Below are positions 18,111 to 27,093 of a stretch of 64,000 bases of DNA, in pieces; positions within the stretch are counted from its first letter, which is position 1; every line of letters starts with the position of its first letter. Both the position numbers and the translations under genes were made by a program. Source of the DNA: an uncultured bacterium. Lineage in GTDB: Bacteria > Patescibacteriota > Minisyncoccia > UBA6257 > 2-01-FULL-56-20. Below the pieces are notes generated by a model. That model did no database searches. It saw only the letters and a program-made list of their open reading frames with translations, and was not told the origin of the DNA. Location of the stretch: NCBI GenBank assembly GCA_963719425.1, contig OY970382.1, positions 385,246-449,245 of the forward strand, given 5' to 3'.

Positions 18111-18235
18111 TCCCTTAGCTCGAGGAACCTGGTTTATTTTTATGTATCAGGAACGGTAATCGGACTTTCCGCGGCTCCGCGGATCACCGTAGCGGCACTG
18201 TGCGGGATTCCCACCCGCTTCCCCATTCCTGATAC
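18111..18235 (-). promoter_or_regulatory. Cobalamin (B12) riboswitch, compact class-II-like, with downstream kissing-loop hairpin
   Basis: Minus strand GTATCAGGAATGGGGAAGCGGGTGGGAATCCCGCACAGTGCCGCTACGGTGA...GAAAGTCCGATTACCGTTCCTGATAC. It shows the GGAA-CGGGTG.AATCCCG T-loop arm, the CCGC.ACGGTGA segment, the B12-box AGTCCGA..ACC, and a 10-bp closing stem (18144-18153/18226-18235). Confidence 0.9.
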
Positions 18236-18266
18236 TGACCTTTCAAATTGTGAACGGTGCCTTTCC

Positions 18267-18296
18267 AGTGTAAGAACCCGTCCCACCGCGCGTCAA
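18267..18296 (-). promoter_or_regulatory. Sigma70-type promoter for the B12 operon
   Basis: TTGACG-N18-TACACT on the minus strand. Confidence 0.6.
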
Positions 18297-18350
18297 TGGC
18301 CTTTCTGTGGATAACTCCCACCCGCCGCGCCCACGGTATAATCATGCATA

Positions 18351-19628
18351 ATGGTACGTTCGCGGATACGCCGCTTCCTTAAGGTCCTCGGGCCGGGTCT
18401 CATCACGGGCGCCGCGGACGACGACCCTTCCGGCATCGCAACATATTCACAGACGGGAGCCCAATTCGGTTACGGACAACTTTGGACGGCGGTTTTTCTT
18501 TACCCGCTCATGACTGCGGTTCAGGAGGCGGCCGCCCGCATCGGCGCTGTGACTCGAAAAGGCATTGCCGCAGTTACAAAAGAACATTATGCGCGGAGGG
18601 TGCTCTACGGCATTGTAGCGCTCGTCGTCGTCGCAAACACTATCAATATCGGCGCGGACATAGGCGCGATGGCCGCATCGCTCCGCCTGATTATTCCCGT
18701 TCCTTTTGTAATCGCCGCCCTCCTCTTCGTGGTTGTCATACTGCTCCTTGAGATTTTCATCCCGTATAAACGCTACGTGTGGATACTGAAATGGCTCGTT
18801 CTTGTCATGCTCGTCTATCCCGCAACGATGCTTATTGTGCAGGAACCGTGGGGCGAGATCTTGCGCGCGACTTTTCTTCCCCATCTTGCGTTCTCTCCCT
18901 TGTTCCTTTTCATTCTTACTGGCGTCGCCGGCACCACTATCTCACCGTACTTGTTTTTCTGGCAGGCGTCGGAAGAAGTCGAGGAGGAAATAAAGAAAAA
19001 GACCGCGATGCGGACTTCAATCGGCAAAACATTCATAAAAAATATGCGGATTGATAACGCATTCGGCATGCTCGTCTCGCAATTCACCACGTGGTGCATC
19101 ATTATCACCACCGCGACCGTTCTCAATCAGCATGGCGTCACAAATATTGCCACCGCCGCCGACGCGGCGAAAGCTCTCTTTCCTTTGGTGCGTACATTTC
19201 CCCATGCGGGATTCCTTGCCGAATGCATCTTCGCCGTAGGCGTGATCGGGCTTGGATTGCTCTCGGTGCCCGTGCTCGCCGGGTCTGCGGCATATGCGGT
19301 TGCGGAAACATTTGACTGGCACGAAGGACTTTATAGAAAACTACGTTCGGCGCACGGATTCTACGGCGTGATCACGCTTGCAACCCTCCTCGGCCTCTGC
19401 ATCAACTTCATCGGCATTGATCCAATAAAAGCACTCATCGTCGCAGCCGTCGTGAACGCCGTGGCCGCCGTGCCGCTCATCCTCGTCATCATTTTCATCT
19501 CATCGAACCGCACAATCATGGGCGAGCACGCGAGCGGAATTCTTTCGCAGACGTTCCTCTGGATCACATTCGCGGCGATGCTCATTGCCGCCGGCGCGAC
19601 CCTATGGACGACGTTTTTGCCCACTTAA
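18351..19628 (+). CDS. NRAMP-family divalent metal cation transporter
   Basis: LGPGLITGAADDDPSGIATYSQTGAQFGY and GTTISPYLFFWQ; about 11 TM. Confidence 0.92.
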   Translation: MVRSRIRRFLKVLGPGLITGAADDDPSGIATYSQTGAQFGYGQLWTAVFLYPLMTAVQEAAARIGAVTRKGIAAVTKEHYARRVLYGIVALVVVANTINIGADIGAMAASLRLIIPVPFVIAALLFVVVILLLEIFIPYKRYVWILKWLVLVMLVYPATMLIVQEPWGEILRATFLPHLAFSPLFLFILTGVAGTTISPYLFFWQASEEVEEEIKKKTAMRTSIGKTFIKNMRIDNAFGMLVSQFTTWCIIITTATVLNQHGVTNIATAADAAKALFPLVRTFPHAGFLAECIFAVGVIGLGLLSVPVLAGSAAYAVAETFDWHEGLYRKLRSAHGFYGVITLATLLGLCINFIGIDPIKALIVAAVVNAVAAVPLILVIIFISSNRTIMGEHASGILSQTFLWITFAAMLIAAGATLWTTFLPT

Positions 19629-19794
19629 AAACTTGCAAGGCCGAAGCATCGGTAAAAAGTAAAGGGTTGGAGTTTGGGAAAATCAATGCACGCGAAGGGA
19701 AGCAGGGTGACCCCCATGTGGTTTGAATCTAGCCGCCGGAACGGACAGTTTTGGTGAAAGTGACCTGCCCAGGGTCAGTAAAGTGCAAGGTGAA

Positions 19795-20979
19795 TCACCT
19801 GCGCGGCGCGGAGACAACGAGGAAAAGTACAAAGCCGAGGAGCGATACCGCGGCGGCATACCCGAGCGCGACGCTTGAATCAACGATTGTCCATAAAAAT
19901 CCGCCGATGAGACCCGCGCCGAGCGACGAAAAGCCGACCGCCATGTTCAAAAATCCCTGGGCCGTCGCGATGAGCTCGTGCTCCGCGCCGAACGCTTTCG
20001 CGGCGAGCATCCGCTGCATCCCGTCGGTCGCCGCGGAGTAAAGTCCGAGCGCGGCAAACGAAACCGTAAGCATTACAATATGCGCTGAAGACAAAAGTCC
20101 GAGGTATGCAAGGACCGCAATGAGAAATCCTCCGGCGATCACCGCGCGCTCCCCGATCCGATCGGCCAATCGGCCGAGCGGTATTGAAAAGAGTACGAAC
20201 GCAAAGCTGTACACAAAATACATGAGCGGCACATCGGCCACGTTGCCCACCTCCTTCGCCTTCAAAAGCACGAGGGCGATAGGAAGCGTGCCAAGACCGA
20301 AGACGAAAATGGAAAGGACGATGGATACGAAACGCCGATGTGTGCGGAAAAGATTCCAGTTCAAACGCGGACGCGGTTTTTGAATGGCACTTTCAACTTT
20401 CTTATCTTTCACAAACACGAAAGACGCGATAGCCAGGAATCCGAGCACAAAGGCGATAAAAAAAAGCTTTCTGTAGTTCCCACCCAAAAACGGTAAAAGA
20501 AAAAATGCCGAGAGCGGGCCGATCGTCGCGCCCAATGTGTCCATCGCGCGGTGAAAGCCGTAGGAACGGCCGAGCTCCGATTCGGGCACCGACTCGGCGA
20601 TCAACGCATCGCGCGGCGCGTCGCGGAAGCCCTTGCCCACGCGATCCACGACGCGCAGGCCGAATACCTGCCAGAAGTTTTGCACGAACATCAGAAACCA
20701 CCTCGTGGCATCCGAAATGACGTAGCCCACGACCGCCGGCAGTTTGCGCTTGTGGACCTTGTCCGAGAACCATCCGGAGACCACCTTGAGCACGCTTGAA
20801 ATTGCGTCCGCCGCGCCGTCTATAAAGCCCACGAAGATCGCGGGGGCGCCCAGGACAGAGGTAAGGAAAACGGGCATTACCGACTGCACCATTTCGCCCG
20901 AGAGGTCATTGAACATGCTGACGAGTCCGAGGAAGAAAATATTCTTCCGCACGCCCATGATCTTTTTCTCTTCGTCCAT
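19795..20979 (-). CDS. MFS transporter
   Basis: SGWFSDKVHKRK, DRVGKGFRDAPRDALI and GRLADRIGER; 12 TM. Confidence 0.93.
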   Translation of the reverse strand: MDEEKKIMGVRKNIFFLGLVSMFNDLSGEMVQSVMPVFLTSVLGAPAIFVGFIDGAADAISSVLKVVSGWFSDKVHKRKLPAVVGYVISDATRWFLMFVQNFWQVFGLRVVDRVGKGFRDAPRDALIAESVPESELGRSYGFHRAMDTLGATIGPLSAFFLLPFLGGNYRKLFFIAFVLGFLAIASFVFVKDKKVESAIQKPRPRLNWNLFRTHRRFVSIVLSIFVFGLGTLPIALVLLKAKEVGNVADVPLMYFVYSFAFVLFSIPLGRLADRIGERAVIAGGFLIAVLAYLGLLSSAHIVMLTVSFAALGLYSAATDGMQRMLAAKAFGAEHELIATAQGFLNMAVGFSSLGAGLIGGFLWTIVDSSVALGYAAAVSLLGFVLFLVVSAPRR

Positions 20980-21020
20980 CGCTCTATTATACCGCGCGTT
21001 TTGGGATATACTAATGGAAT

Positions 21021-22187
21021 ATGCCTCCGCAAAAAAGATCCGTCATTTCCCGCGCACGGAGCTGGTATGCGCGGTTTGAACGGCCGATCTCGTCCCTATC
21101 GCTCGTCGGCGGGTTCGTATTTGACGCACTCACGCTGCGGCGCGTGGACGTGTGGCTGGATAATTTCTGGGTGATCGCGCATCTTACGATCGTCACGATC
21201 TGCGCCGTCTGGATCAATCTTTTGGACAATACCGTGAGCGAGACCGGCGTACGGCCGGAAGTGGACCCGCGCAAACTCCACTTCTGGCTCGTGAACGTTA
21301 TGCAGTTCTTTTTCGGCGGCATCCTGTCCGTCTATCTCGTCTTTTATTTTCGGAGCGGCACGTTCGCAACGAGCTGGCCATTCCTTTTGCTCCTTGCCGT
21401 CGCATTCCTTGCAAATGAATCCCTGAAGCGGCGCTTTGCGCGGCTCTCGTTCCAGATCGCACTTCTCTTCCTCGCGTTCTATTCCTTCGCCATCTATCTC
21501 ATGCCGATCCTCCTCCACACGATCGGCACGACGGTATTTTTGATAAGCGGCGCAGTAAGCGTAGCCGCGATCTGCGTGCTCCTTCTCATCCTTGCCCACT
21601 TTTCGCGCGAGCGGTTCAGGGGATGGAGCGGCTGGGCGGTGCTCTCTTCCATCGCGGGCATACTCATCATCGTGAACGGCCTTTATTTTTTGAACCTCAT
21701 CCCGCCGCTTCCCCTCTCCCTGAAAGATGCCGACGTGTATCACTCGCTCGTTGCAAACGGTCCCGGCAATTATACGGTGGCCGACGAAAACCAGCCTACG
21801 ACCGGACTTGCTTCCGTGGATTTCCTCACGCGCTTTTTCGCAGTGAGCCAAACCGTCCATATCGTGGCGGGCGATTCGCTCACGGCATATACCGCCGTTT
21901 TTTCTCCTACGTCATTAAACGCGGACGTCATCCATGAGTGGCAATATTACAACGCGACGACGGGTACCTGGGTCACGCGCGGCCGCATCCCGCTCTCCGT
22001 CGTGGGCGGCAGCGACCGGGGCTACCGTACTTTTTCCGAAGAATCCGCAATAACCGCCGGTCCATGGCGCGTAAACGTGGAAACCCCGACCGGCCAAGTC
22101 ATCGGACGCCTGAACTTTGACGTGGTCGTGCAAAACGCGGAACCCGCGCTTGTCACGAAGGCGATCGGCGGGGCCGCAACGAATTGA
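21021..22187 (+). CDS. DUF2914-type membrane protein
   Basis: Multi-TM N-terminus; C-terminal AYTAVFSP...HEW...GGSDRGYRTFS...GPWRVNVET..GQVIG. Confidence 0.8.
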   Translation: MPPQKRSVISRARSWYARFERPISSLSLVGGFVFDALTLRRVDVWLDNFWVIAHLTIVTICAVWINLLDNTVSETGVRPEVDPRKLHFWLVNVMQFFFGGILSVYLVFYFRSGTFATSWPFLLLLAVAFLANESLKRRFARLSFQIALLFLAFYSFAIYLMPILLHTIGTTVFLISGAVSVAAICVLLLILAHFSRERFRGWSGWAVLSSIAGILIIVNGLYFLNLIPPLPLSLKDADVYHSLVANGPGNYTVADENQPTTGLASVDFLTRFFAVSQTVHIVAGDSLTAYTAVFSPTSLNADVIHEWQYYNATTGTWVTRGRIPLSVVGGSDRGYRTFSEESAITAGPWRVNVETPTGQVIGRLNFDVVVQNAEPALVTKAIGGAATN

Positions 22188-23062
22188 TACCCAATCGCAT
22201 GATCTCTTTCGCGCACGCAATAATGCTCGGCCTTCTCCAGGGCATCACGGAACTTTTCCCGATCTCAAGTTTGGGACACAGCATAATACTGCCCGGCCTT
22301 TTGGGATGGCATTTTGACGAGAACGCGACGGACGTGGTGGAATTTTTGGTCGCCACCCATCTTGCAACCGCGCTCGTATTATTCTTTATTTATTGGAAGG
22401 ATTGGGTGCGTGTCATACGCGGCATTTTCCGATCGCTCGCGGCGCGCGAAATTGCGCCGACCGACACCGATGCGAAACTCGGCTGGCTCCTTGTTGCGGG
22501 CACCGTGCCCGTCGGCATCGCGGGACTTTCGTTTGAAGAACAAGCCAAGCAATTTTTCGTCTCCCCGCGCCAAGCGGCATTCTTTCTTATAGTAAACGGC
22601 GCAATCCTTCTTGGCGCCGAACTCCTGCGCCGCCGCAAAACGCGCGCAAAACCGCAGGCCGAGATCGTTGAGGGCGCAGACGAGCGGATCGCAAAACTCT
22701 CGTGGGTACAGGCAATCAAGGTCGGCTGCATGCAAATACTCGCACTTGTTCCCGGCATCTCGCGGACCGGCTCCGCCATGACGGGCGGCCTTTTCGCAGA
22801 CCTCTCGCACGAAGACGCGCTCCGCTTCTCGTTCCTGCTCGCGACGCCGATCATCGGCGCCGCCGCGCTCCTTGAACTTCCCGGGCTTTTCGCCGCAGGC
22901 GGCGCTATCCTCCAAGCTGCTCTTGTGGGCGCCCTCGCGGCCGCCATCGCCGCCTATCTTTCCGTCAAATTCCTCGTCCACCATTTCAAAACGAAAACAC
23001 TCCTCCCTTTCGCGATGTACTGCTTCCTCGCCGGCGCGCTCGCACTATTTCTTATCCACTGA
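22184..23062 (+). CDS. uppP: Undecaprenyl-diphosphate phosphatase
   Basis: LQGITELFPISSLGH and PGISRTG motifs. The start may be the ATG at 22199. Confidence 0.93.
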   Translation: MIPNRMISFAHAIMLGLLQGITELFPISSLGHSIILPGLLGWHFDENATDVVEFLVATHLATALVLFFIYWKDWVRVIRGIFRSLAAREIAPTDTDAKLGWLLVAGTVPVGIAGLSFEEQAKQFFVSPRQAAFFLIVNGAILLGAELLRRRKTRAKPQAEIVEGADERIAKLSWVQAIKVGCMQILALVPGISRTGSAMTGGLFADLSHEDALRFSFLLATPIIGAAALLELPGLFAAGGAILQAALVGALAAAIAAYLSVKFLVHHFKTKTLLPFAMYCFLAGALALFLIH

Positions 23063-23299
23063 CCCGCCCGCGGCGGCGCCCGTACTCTTTTTCCCCGTCC
23101 TGAACCACGCGAATACGAACAACGCCGCGCCCACGATGAATGCCCCCAAACCGTGTTTGAAATGGACCGAGCTCAACGCCGGATTATATCCCGGCAGATA
23201 CGACGGCAGCATGTTCGCCGGCGTCATCCAATAGACGAGCGCCACCCCAACAAAGACCAAACCGACCACAACCGCGAGCACATTCAATGTTTTACGCAT
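23045..23299 (-). CDS. Small 2-TM membrane protein
   Basis: 84 aa with two hydrophobic helices; TACAAT 6 nt upstream of the ATG. Confidence 0.7.
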   Translation of the reverse strand: MRKTLNVLAVVVGLVFVGVALVYWMTPANMLPSYLPGYNPALSSVHFKHGLGAFIVGAALFVFAWFRTGKKSTGAAAGGSVDKK

Positions 23300-23328
23300 G
23301 CATCAATTGTAGCAAATTACCGCTCAAT

Positions 23329-23928
23329 CTATCTGCCATTATATTTCCTCATAATCCGGCGATAGATCCGGATGAGGACGAACATAATGACAGCGACCGC
23401 AACGACCGCCGCGAATAAGCTTACGATGTTAGAAAAGTCGCTCCAATAGCTTCCGACCGCATAGCCGAGCGCGAGCGCCACGAAGGGCTCTATAAAGTTC
23501 CCCAGAAAATCGTAAACGAGGAAGACAAAAAACGGCACCGCAACGATGCCCGCGAGAAAATTCGCGATCGGGCTTAATGAGCCCGCAAAGCGAGTGGTGA
23601 AAACGGTGACCGCCGCGTCCGTGCGGAGCTCTTCTTTCAGATAGTCAAAAAAACGGGCTTTGTGCAACCGCAAAACCCGAATGATCGCGTCGCCGTAGCG
23701 CCGCGTGAGCGCGTAGCCCGAGAGATCGCCCAGGGTGTTTGCAACGACCGCGACCGCGAGCGAAAGCCAAAAGCTGAAATAGCCCTGGCTTGCGAAGGCG
23801 CCCACGGCGAGGAGCATCGTGTTCCCGGGAAACGGGACGATGAGTGCGGCGGAATAGACGATCAAAAAAAGCGCGGCATATTTGTACACCAGGACGTACG
23901 ACAAAAGCGGGCCGAGCAGCGCTTCCAT
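23329..23928 (-). CDS. DedA/VTT-family membrane protein
   Basis: PFPGNTMLLAVGAF, LGDLSGYAL.RRYG and TRF motifs. Confidence 0.88.
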   Translation of the reverse strand: MEALLGPLLSYVLVYKYAALFLIVYSAALIVPFPGNTMLLAVGAFASQGYFSFWLSLAVAVVANTLGDLSGYALTRRYGDAIIRVLRLHKARFFDYLKEELRTDAAVTVFTTRFAGSLSPIANFLAGIVAVPFFVFLVYDFLGNFIEPFVALALGYAVGSYWSDFSNIVSLFAAVVAVAVIMFVLIRIYRRIMRKYNGR

Positions 23929-23935
23929 TGGTCGT

Positions 23936-24349
23936 TTATCGTGCCGTCAGATATTCACACACTGCAATTTCCACCTGGTTTAAAAACGCAGTGGGGTCCA
24001 AAGACCTGCTCCTCGCGTAGCCGCCGAGGGAAAGCTGCGGATAATGCGGGTCAGCAATGGACAAGCGAGTTCTCAAATAATCGGGAGGGAGATTGAAAAT
24101 CTTGTCCAGATAATCAAACGTCATCCAGGAGCGGATAAGGCCCACGTCGCTCGCCGTCAAGGGACCGTGATACTTGACGAAAGATGCTATGAAAAATTCG
24201 CGCGCGTTCATGATTTGAGCACGCCGCAGTGCGCGGTATTGCAGCACAAAAAAGACGACCAAGACGGCGAGAATTATAGCTAGGATTATCAGGGTATACT
24301 TTACCTGCCGGGCAAGCCGCTGGTTCCGATGATTGGGTTCGACTGGCAT
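23936..24349 (-). CDS. Membrane-anchored hypothetical protein
   Basis: Single TM; IRSWMTFDYLDKIFNLP motif; TATAAT 6 nt upstream; immediately precedes the DedA gene. Confidence 0.75.
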   Translation of the reverse strand: MPVEPNHRNQRLARQVKYTLIILAIILAVLVVFFVLQYRALRRAQIMNAREFFIASFVKYHGPLTASDVGLIRSWMTFDYLDKIFNLPPDYLRTRLSIADPHYPQLSLGGYARSRSLDPTAFLNQVEIAVCEYLTAR

Positions 24350-24498
24350 ATACCTATTATAGCCGTTCCACGCGCCGTTTCGTTACCCGCATGGATATAA
24401 ACTCGTTTAACGACTTAACAATTAACAGCATACGAAATTGTCCGCCATTTTGCAACGTTGCCCGCGCAAGCCCGGCCGTGATATACTCTCCGTACCGA

Positions 24499-24912
24499 AT
24501 GACCAAAGAACAACAGTGGCAAATGAAGCAGGTGAGGCGTGCGACATGGATTTTCATCGCGATTGCCGCCGCACTTTCCATTCTTCTCTACCTCAAAAAT
24601 CTGCCGCCGCCGAATGGAACCTATGATGCGTTTGCCAAGTGCATCGCGAGCACCACGGCGAAATTCTACGGCGCGTTTTGGTGCCCCCACTGCGAGGATC
24701 AAAAGCGCGAATTCGGCGATGCTGCCCAGTATCTCCCCTACGTAGAATGCTCAACGCCGGATGCCTCGGGAGAAACCAAGCCATGCAAAGACGCGGGCAT
24801 CACGGAATACCCGACATGGTACTTCCCCGACGGCTCAAGTTCCACAGGCGTTCAATCGCTGCAGACGCTTTCCCAAAAAACCGGCTGTTCCCTGTCCACG
24901 TCCACGCCGTAG
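24499..24912 (+). CDS. Membrane-anchored thioredoxin-like disulfide oxidoreductase (VKOR-associated Trx type)
   Basis: FYGAFWCPHCEDQK.EFG...LPYVEC...C..AGI.EYPTW. Likely start MTKEQ at 24499. Confidence 0.85.
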   Translation: MTKEQQWQMKQVRRATWIFIAIAAALSILLYLKNLPPPNGTYDAFAKCIASTTAKFYGAFWCPHCEDQKREFGDAAQYLPYVECSTPDASGETKPCKDAGITEYPTWYFPDGSSSTGVQSLQTLSQKTGCSLSTSTP

Positions 24913-24936
24913 GGCATATGTAATATAATTCCATCT

Positions 24937-25494
24937 ATGGCCCCGTTCGCCGAGCACATCACGGATATTCTTTCGCTCCTCACGCTCCTCGCCGACATCT
25001 TTGCCGTGGCACTTTTTCTTCTGCTCATAACCCCGCTCAAGCGGCATGGCTGGGGCAGAACGCTCGCCGACTTTTTCGGCGAGCGGGCAATTTTCCTTTC
25101 GTTCCTCACCGCCTTCGCCGCCACCTTCGGCAGCTTGTTCTATTCGCAAGTAGTGGGATTCCCGCCATGCGATCTCTGCTGGTGGCAGCGCATCTTCCTC
25201 TATCCGCAAACGATCCTCCTTTTCACCGCGTTCATAAAAAAAGACGAGAATATGCGCCTGCATTCCATCGTCCTCTCAAGCGTGGGCGCCCTGATCGCGC
25301 TCTATCAGACATTCATACAATTCGGCGGCATGTCGCTCGTCCCCTGCTCCGCCACCAGTCCGAGCTGCACCGTCTTATATTTCCTTGAGTACGGCTATAT
25401 CACCATCCCCACAATGTCCCTCACCGCGTTCGTGCTGCTTCTCCTCTTTATGGCGGCGCCGAATCCCAAACGGAAGGAAGTGAATGAGCTGTAA
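24937..25494 (+). CDS. dsbB: Disulfide bond formation protein B (BdbC-like)
   Basis: GSLFYS...FPPCDLCWWQRIFLYP, second Cys pair CSATSPSC, and GYITIP. Confidence 0.9.
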   Translation: MAPFAEHITDILSLLTLLADIFAVALFLLLITPLKRHGWGRTLADFFGERAIFLSFLTAFAATFGSLFYSQVVGFPPCDLCWWQRIFLYPQTILLFTAFIKKDENMRLHSIVLSSVGALIALYQTFIQFGGMSLVPCSATSPSCTVLYFLEYGYITIPTMSLTAFVLLLLFMAAPNPKRKEVNEL

Positions 25495-25505
25495 CTCGCG
25501 CTTTC

Positions 25506-26606
25506 TTACCGCAACGTCACGCAAACAATCTCCGATTTCGTCCCAAACCGCAAGGGCGGCCCCCAAGTACCTGCGCCGCTTGAGATATATACCTGCATAC
25601 CATTCAAACGCATGAGGCCATAATCAAAGCCGCGATATATCCTCCGAGTCAAAAAATTAATCGGGAAGATCTGGCCATGGTGGGTGTGGCCGGACAGCAC
25701 GAGCGGAACTCCCACGTCGCGCGCGACCGTAAGGTGGCTCGGTTCGTGTTTGATAAGAATTGTGGGCTTGTCTTTGGGAATACTCATGTCGTGTAATACA
25801 CGCGCGAAATCGTTTTTGTGATGTACGGCCCTATTGTCCACGCCCGCAATCGCAAGTCCCTCGAGATCCGCAACTTCGTTATTTAAAATCCTGATGCCGA
25901 CGGCCCGTATCGCTGCAAGCGCCTCCGTCATGTTTGGCAAAAAATATTCGTGATTGCCTGTCACGAAATAAACACCCTGCAGCGGGCGGAGCGATCGCAG
26001 CGGTTCAATGAGCGCCGCGGCATCGCACCGCGTGCCGTCGTAGAGATCACCGCCGATCGCAACGGCTTCCGGATGCAATGCGTTTATCCTCTCCGCAACC
26101 TTCCGCGCGAATGCCTGACGCCGCACATTCCCCAAGTGAAGATCGCTCACGAACGCGAGGCGTTTCCCCCGCCACGACGCGGGGAGATCGGGAAGCGCGA
26201 TATCCAAAAACGTCGTCCCCACCCTGCCGCTCATCCACGTTCCATAACAATGCAGAAGAAAAAGTGCCCCAAAAGCAATGCCGCCGAGGAAGGCGGGCGG
26301 CACATAAACGTTCGTGCGATACAGCACGTTCGCGGACAGGAAAAACAAAACTGCGCCCACAAAGAGAAAATGTACGAGACCGAACCAATATGCAGCAGCG
26401 GTATAAAACCAGTCAACTGCACGGCCGCGGTACCGGTGGGTAAGAAGGGACGCCGAAAGAAAAGTAAACGCCAAGACCGTAAAGGCTATTTCAAGCGCTG
26501 TCCCGCCGATGCCGAACGCCGCAGCCAAGGTCGCGTACACCGCGAGATGGACGAATATCAAAAGAACTTGCAGCGCGCACAGCACGAGGATGACCGTAAG
26601 CAGCAT
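25506..26606 (-). CDS. Membrane-anchored calcineurin-like metallophosphoesterase
   Basis: SDLHLG, GGDLYD, GNHE and SGHTHHGQ motifs. Confidence 0.93.
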   Translation of the reverse strand: MLLTVILVLCALQVLLIFVHLAVYATLAAAFGIGGTALEIAFTVLAFTFLSASLLTHRYRGRAVDWFYTAAAYWFGLVHFLFVGAVLFFLSANVLYRTNVYVPPAFLGGIAFGALFLLHCYGTWMSGRVGTTFLDIALPDLPASWRGKRLAFVSDLHLGNVRRQAFARKVAERINALHPEAVAIGGDLYDGTRCDAAALIEPLRSLRPLQGVYFVTGNHEYFLPNMTEALAAIRAVGIRILNNEVADLEGLAIAGVDNRAVHHKNDFARVLHDMSIPKDKPTILIKHEPSHLTVARDVGVPLVLSGHTHHGQIFPINFLTRRIYRGFDYGLMRLNGMQVYISSGAGTWGPPLRFGTKSEIVCVTLR

Positions 26607-26608
26607 GG

Positions 26609-27013
26609 CTACGAATTCTCCCTTGCTATTTTTCCCAGGATTGCGATGAGTGTCGCGCGCTCCCGTGGCGTGAGTACCGCGAACATCCTGTTCAACTGCC
26701 CTGCTTTTTTGCGGATACCCTGTGCAAGGAACTCCTTACCGCGACTGGTAAGCTTGATACGCACCGTACGCCGGTCTTTTTTGTCAAACGACCGCGCAAG
26801 CAACTTGTCCTTCACCAATCCGTCAATGAGAAGCGTCGCCGCCGGCGGCGTCACGCGAAGGTACCGTGCGACATCGTGCATGAAGGGACGCCCTTCCTCT
26901 TGCACATATCGAAGCGTGTGGAAATGCAGCATGGAGTACGCATGGTGCTCGTCCCGCATGCGGCGTCCGACGCAAAAGAGCAAAGAAAGGATCTTGACGT
27001 TCTTGGAGGGCAT
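26609..27013 (-). CDS. MarR-family transcriptional regulator
   Basis: VARYLRVTPPAAT.LIDGL...DRR.V.IKLTSRG. Confidence 0.9.
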   Translation of the reverse strand: MPSKNVKILSLLFCVGRRMRDEHHAYSMLHFHTLRYVQEEGRPFMHDVARYLRVTPPAATLLIDGLVKDKLLARSFDKKDRRTVRIKLTSRGKEFLAQGIRKKAGQLNRMFAVLTPRERATLIAILGKIARENS

Positions 27014-27093
27014 GGATAATTAGGTTACTTAACTATTATGCGGCCTGGCAGCGAAGGATGTCAAGGAGGCATAGTGAATGCTATAATTAAGGC

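Noticed and set aside
18306-18314. DnaA box TTATCCACA (also at 47633-47641) as a replication origin
   Set aside because: These are isolated single boxes with no cluster, unwinding element or dnaA/dnaN nearby.
19630-19794. Intergenic stretch as an ncRNA or yybP-ykoY Mn riboswitch
   Set aside because: It lies downstream of the NRAMP gene, has only one weak hairpin, and shows no recognisable consensus.
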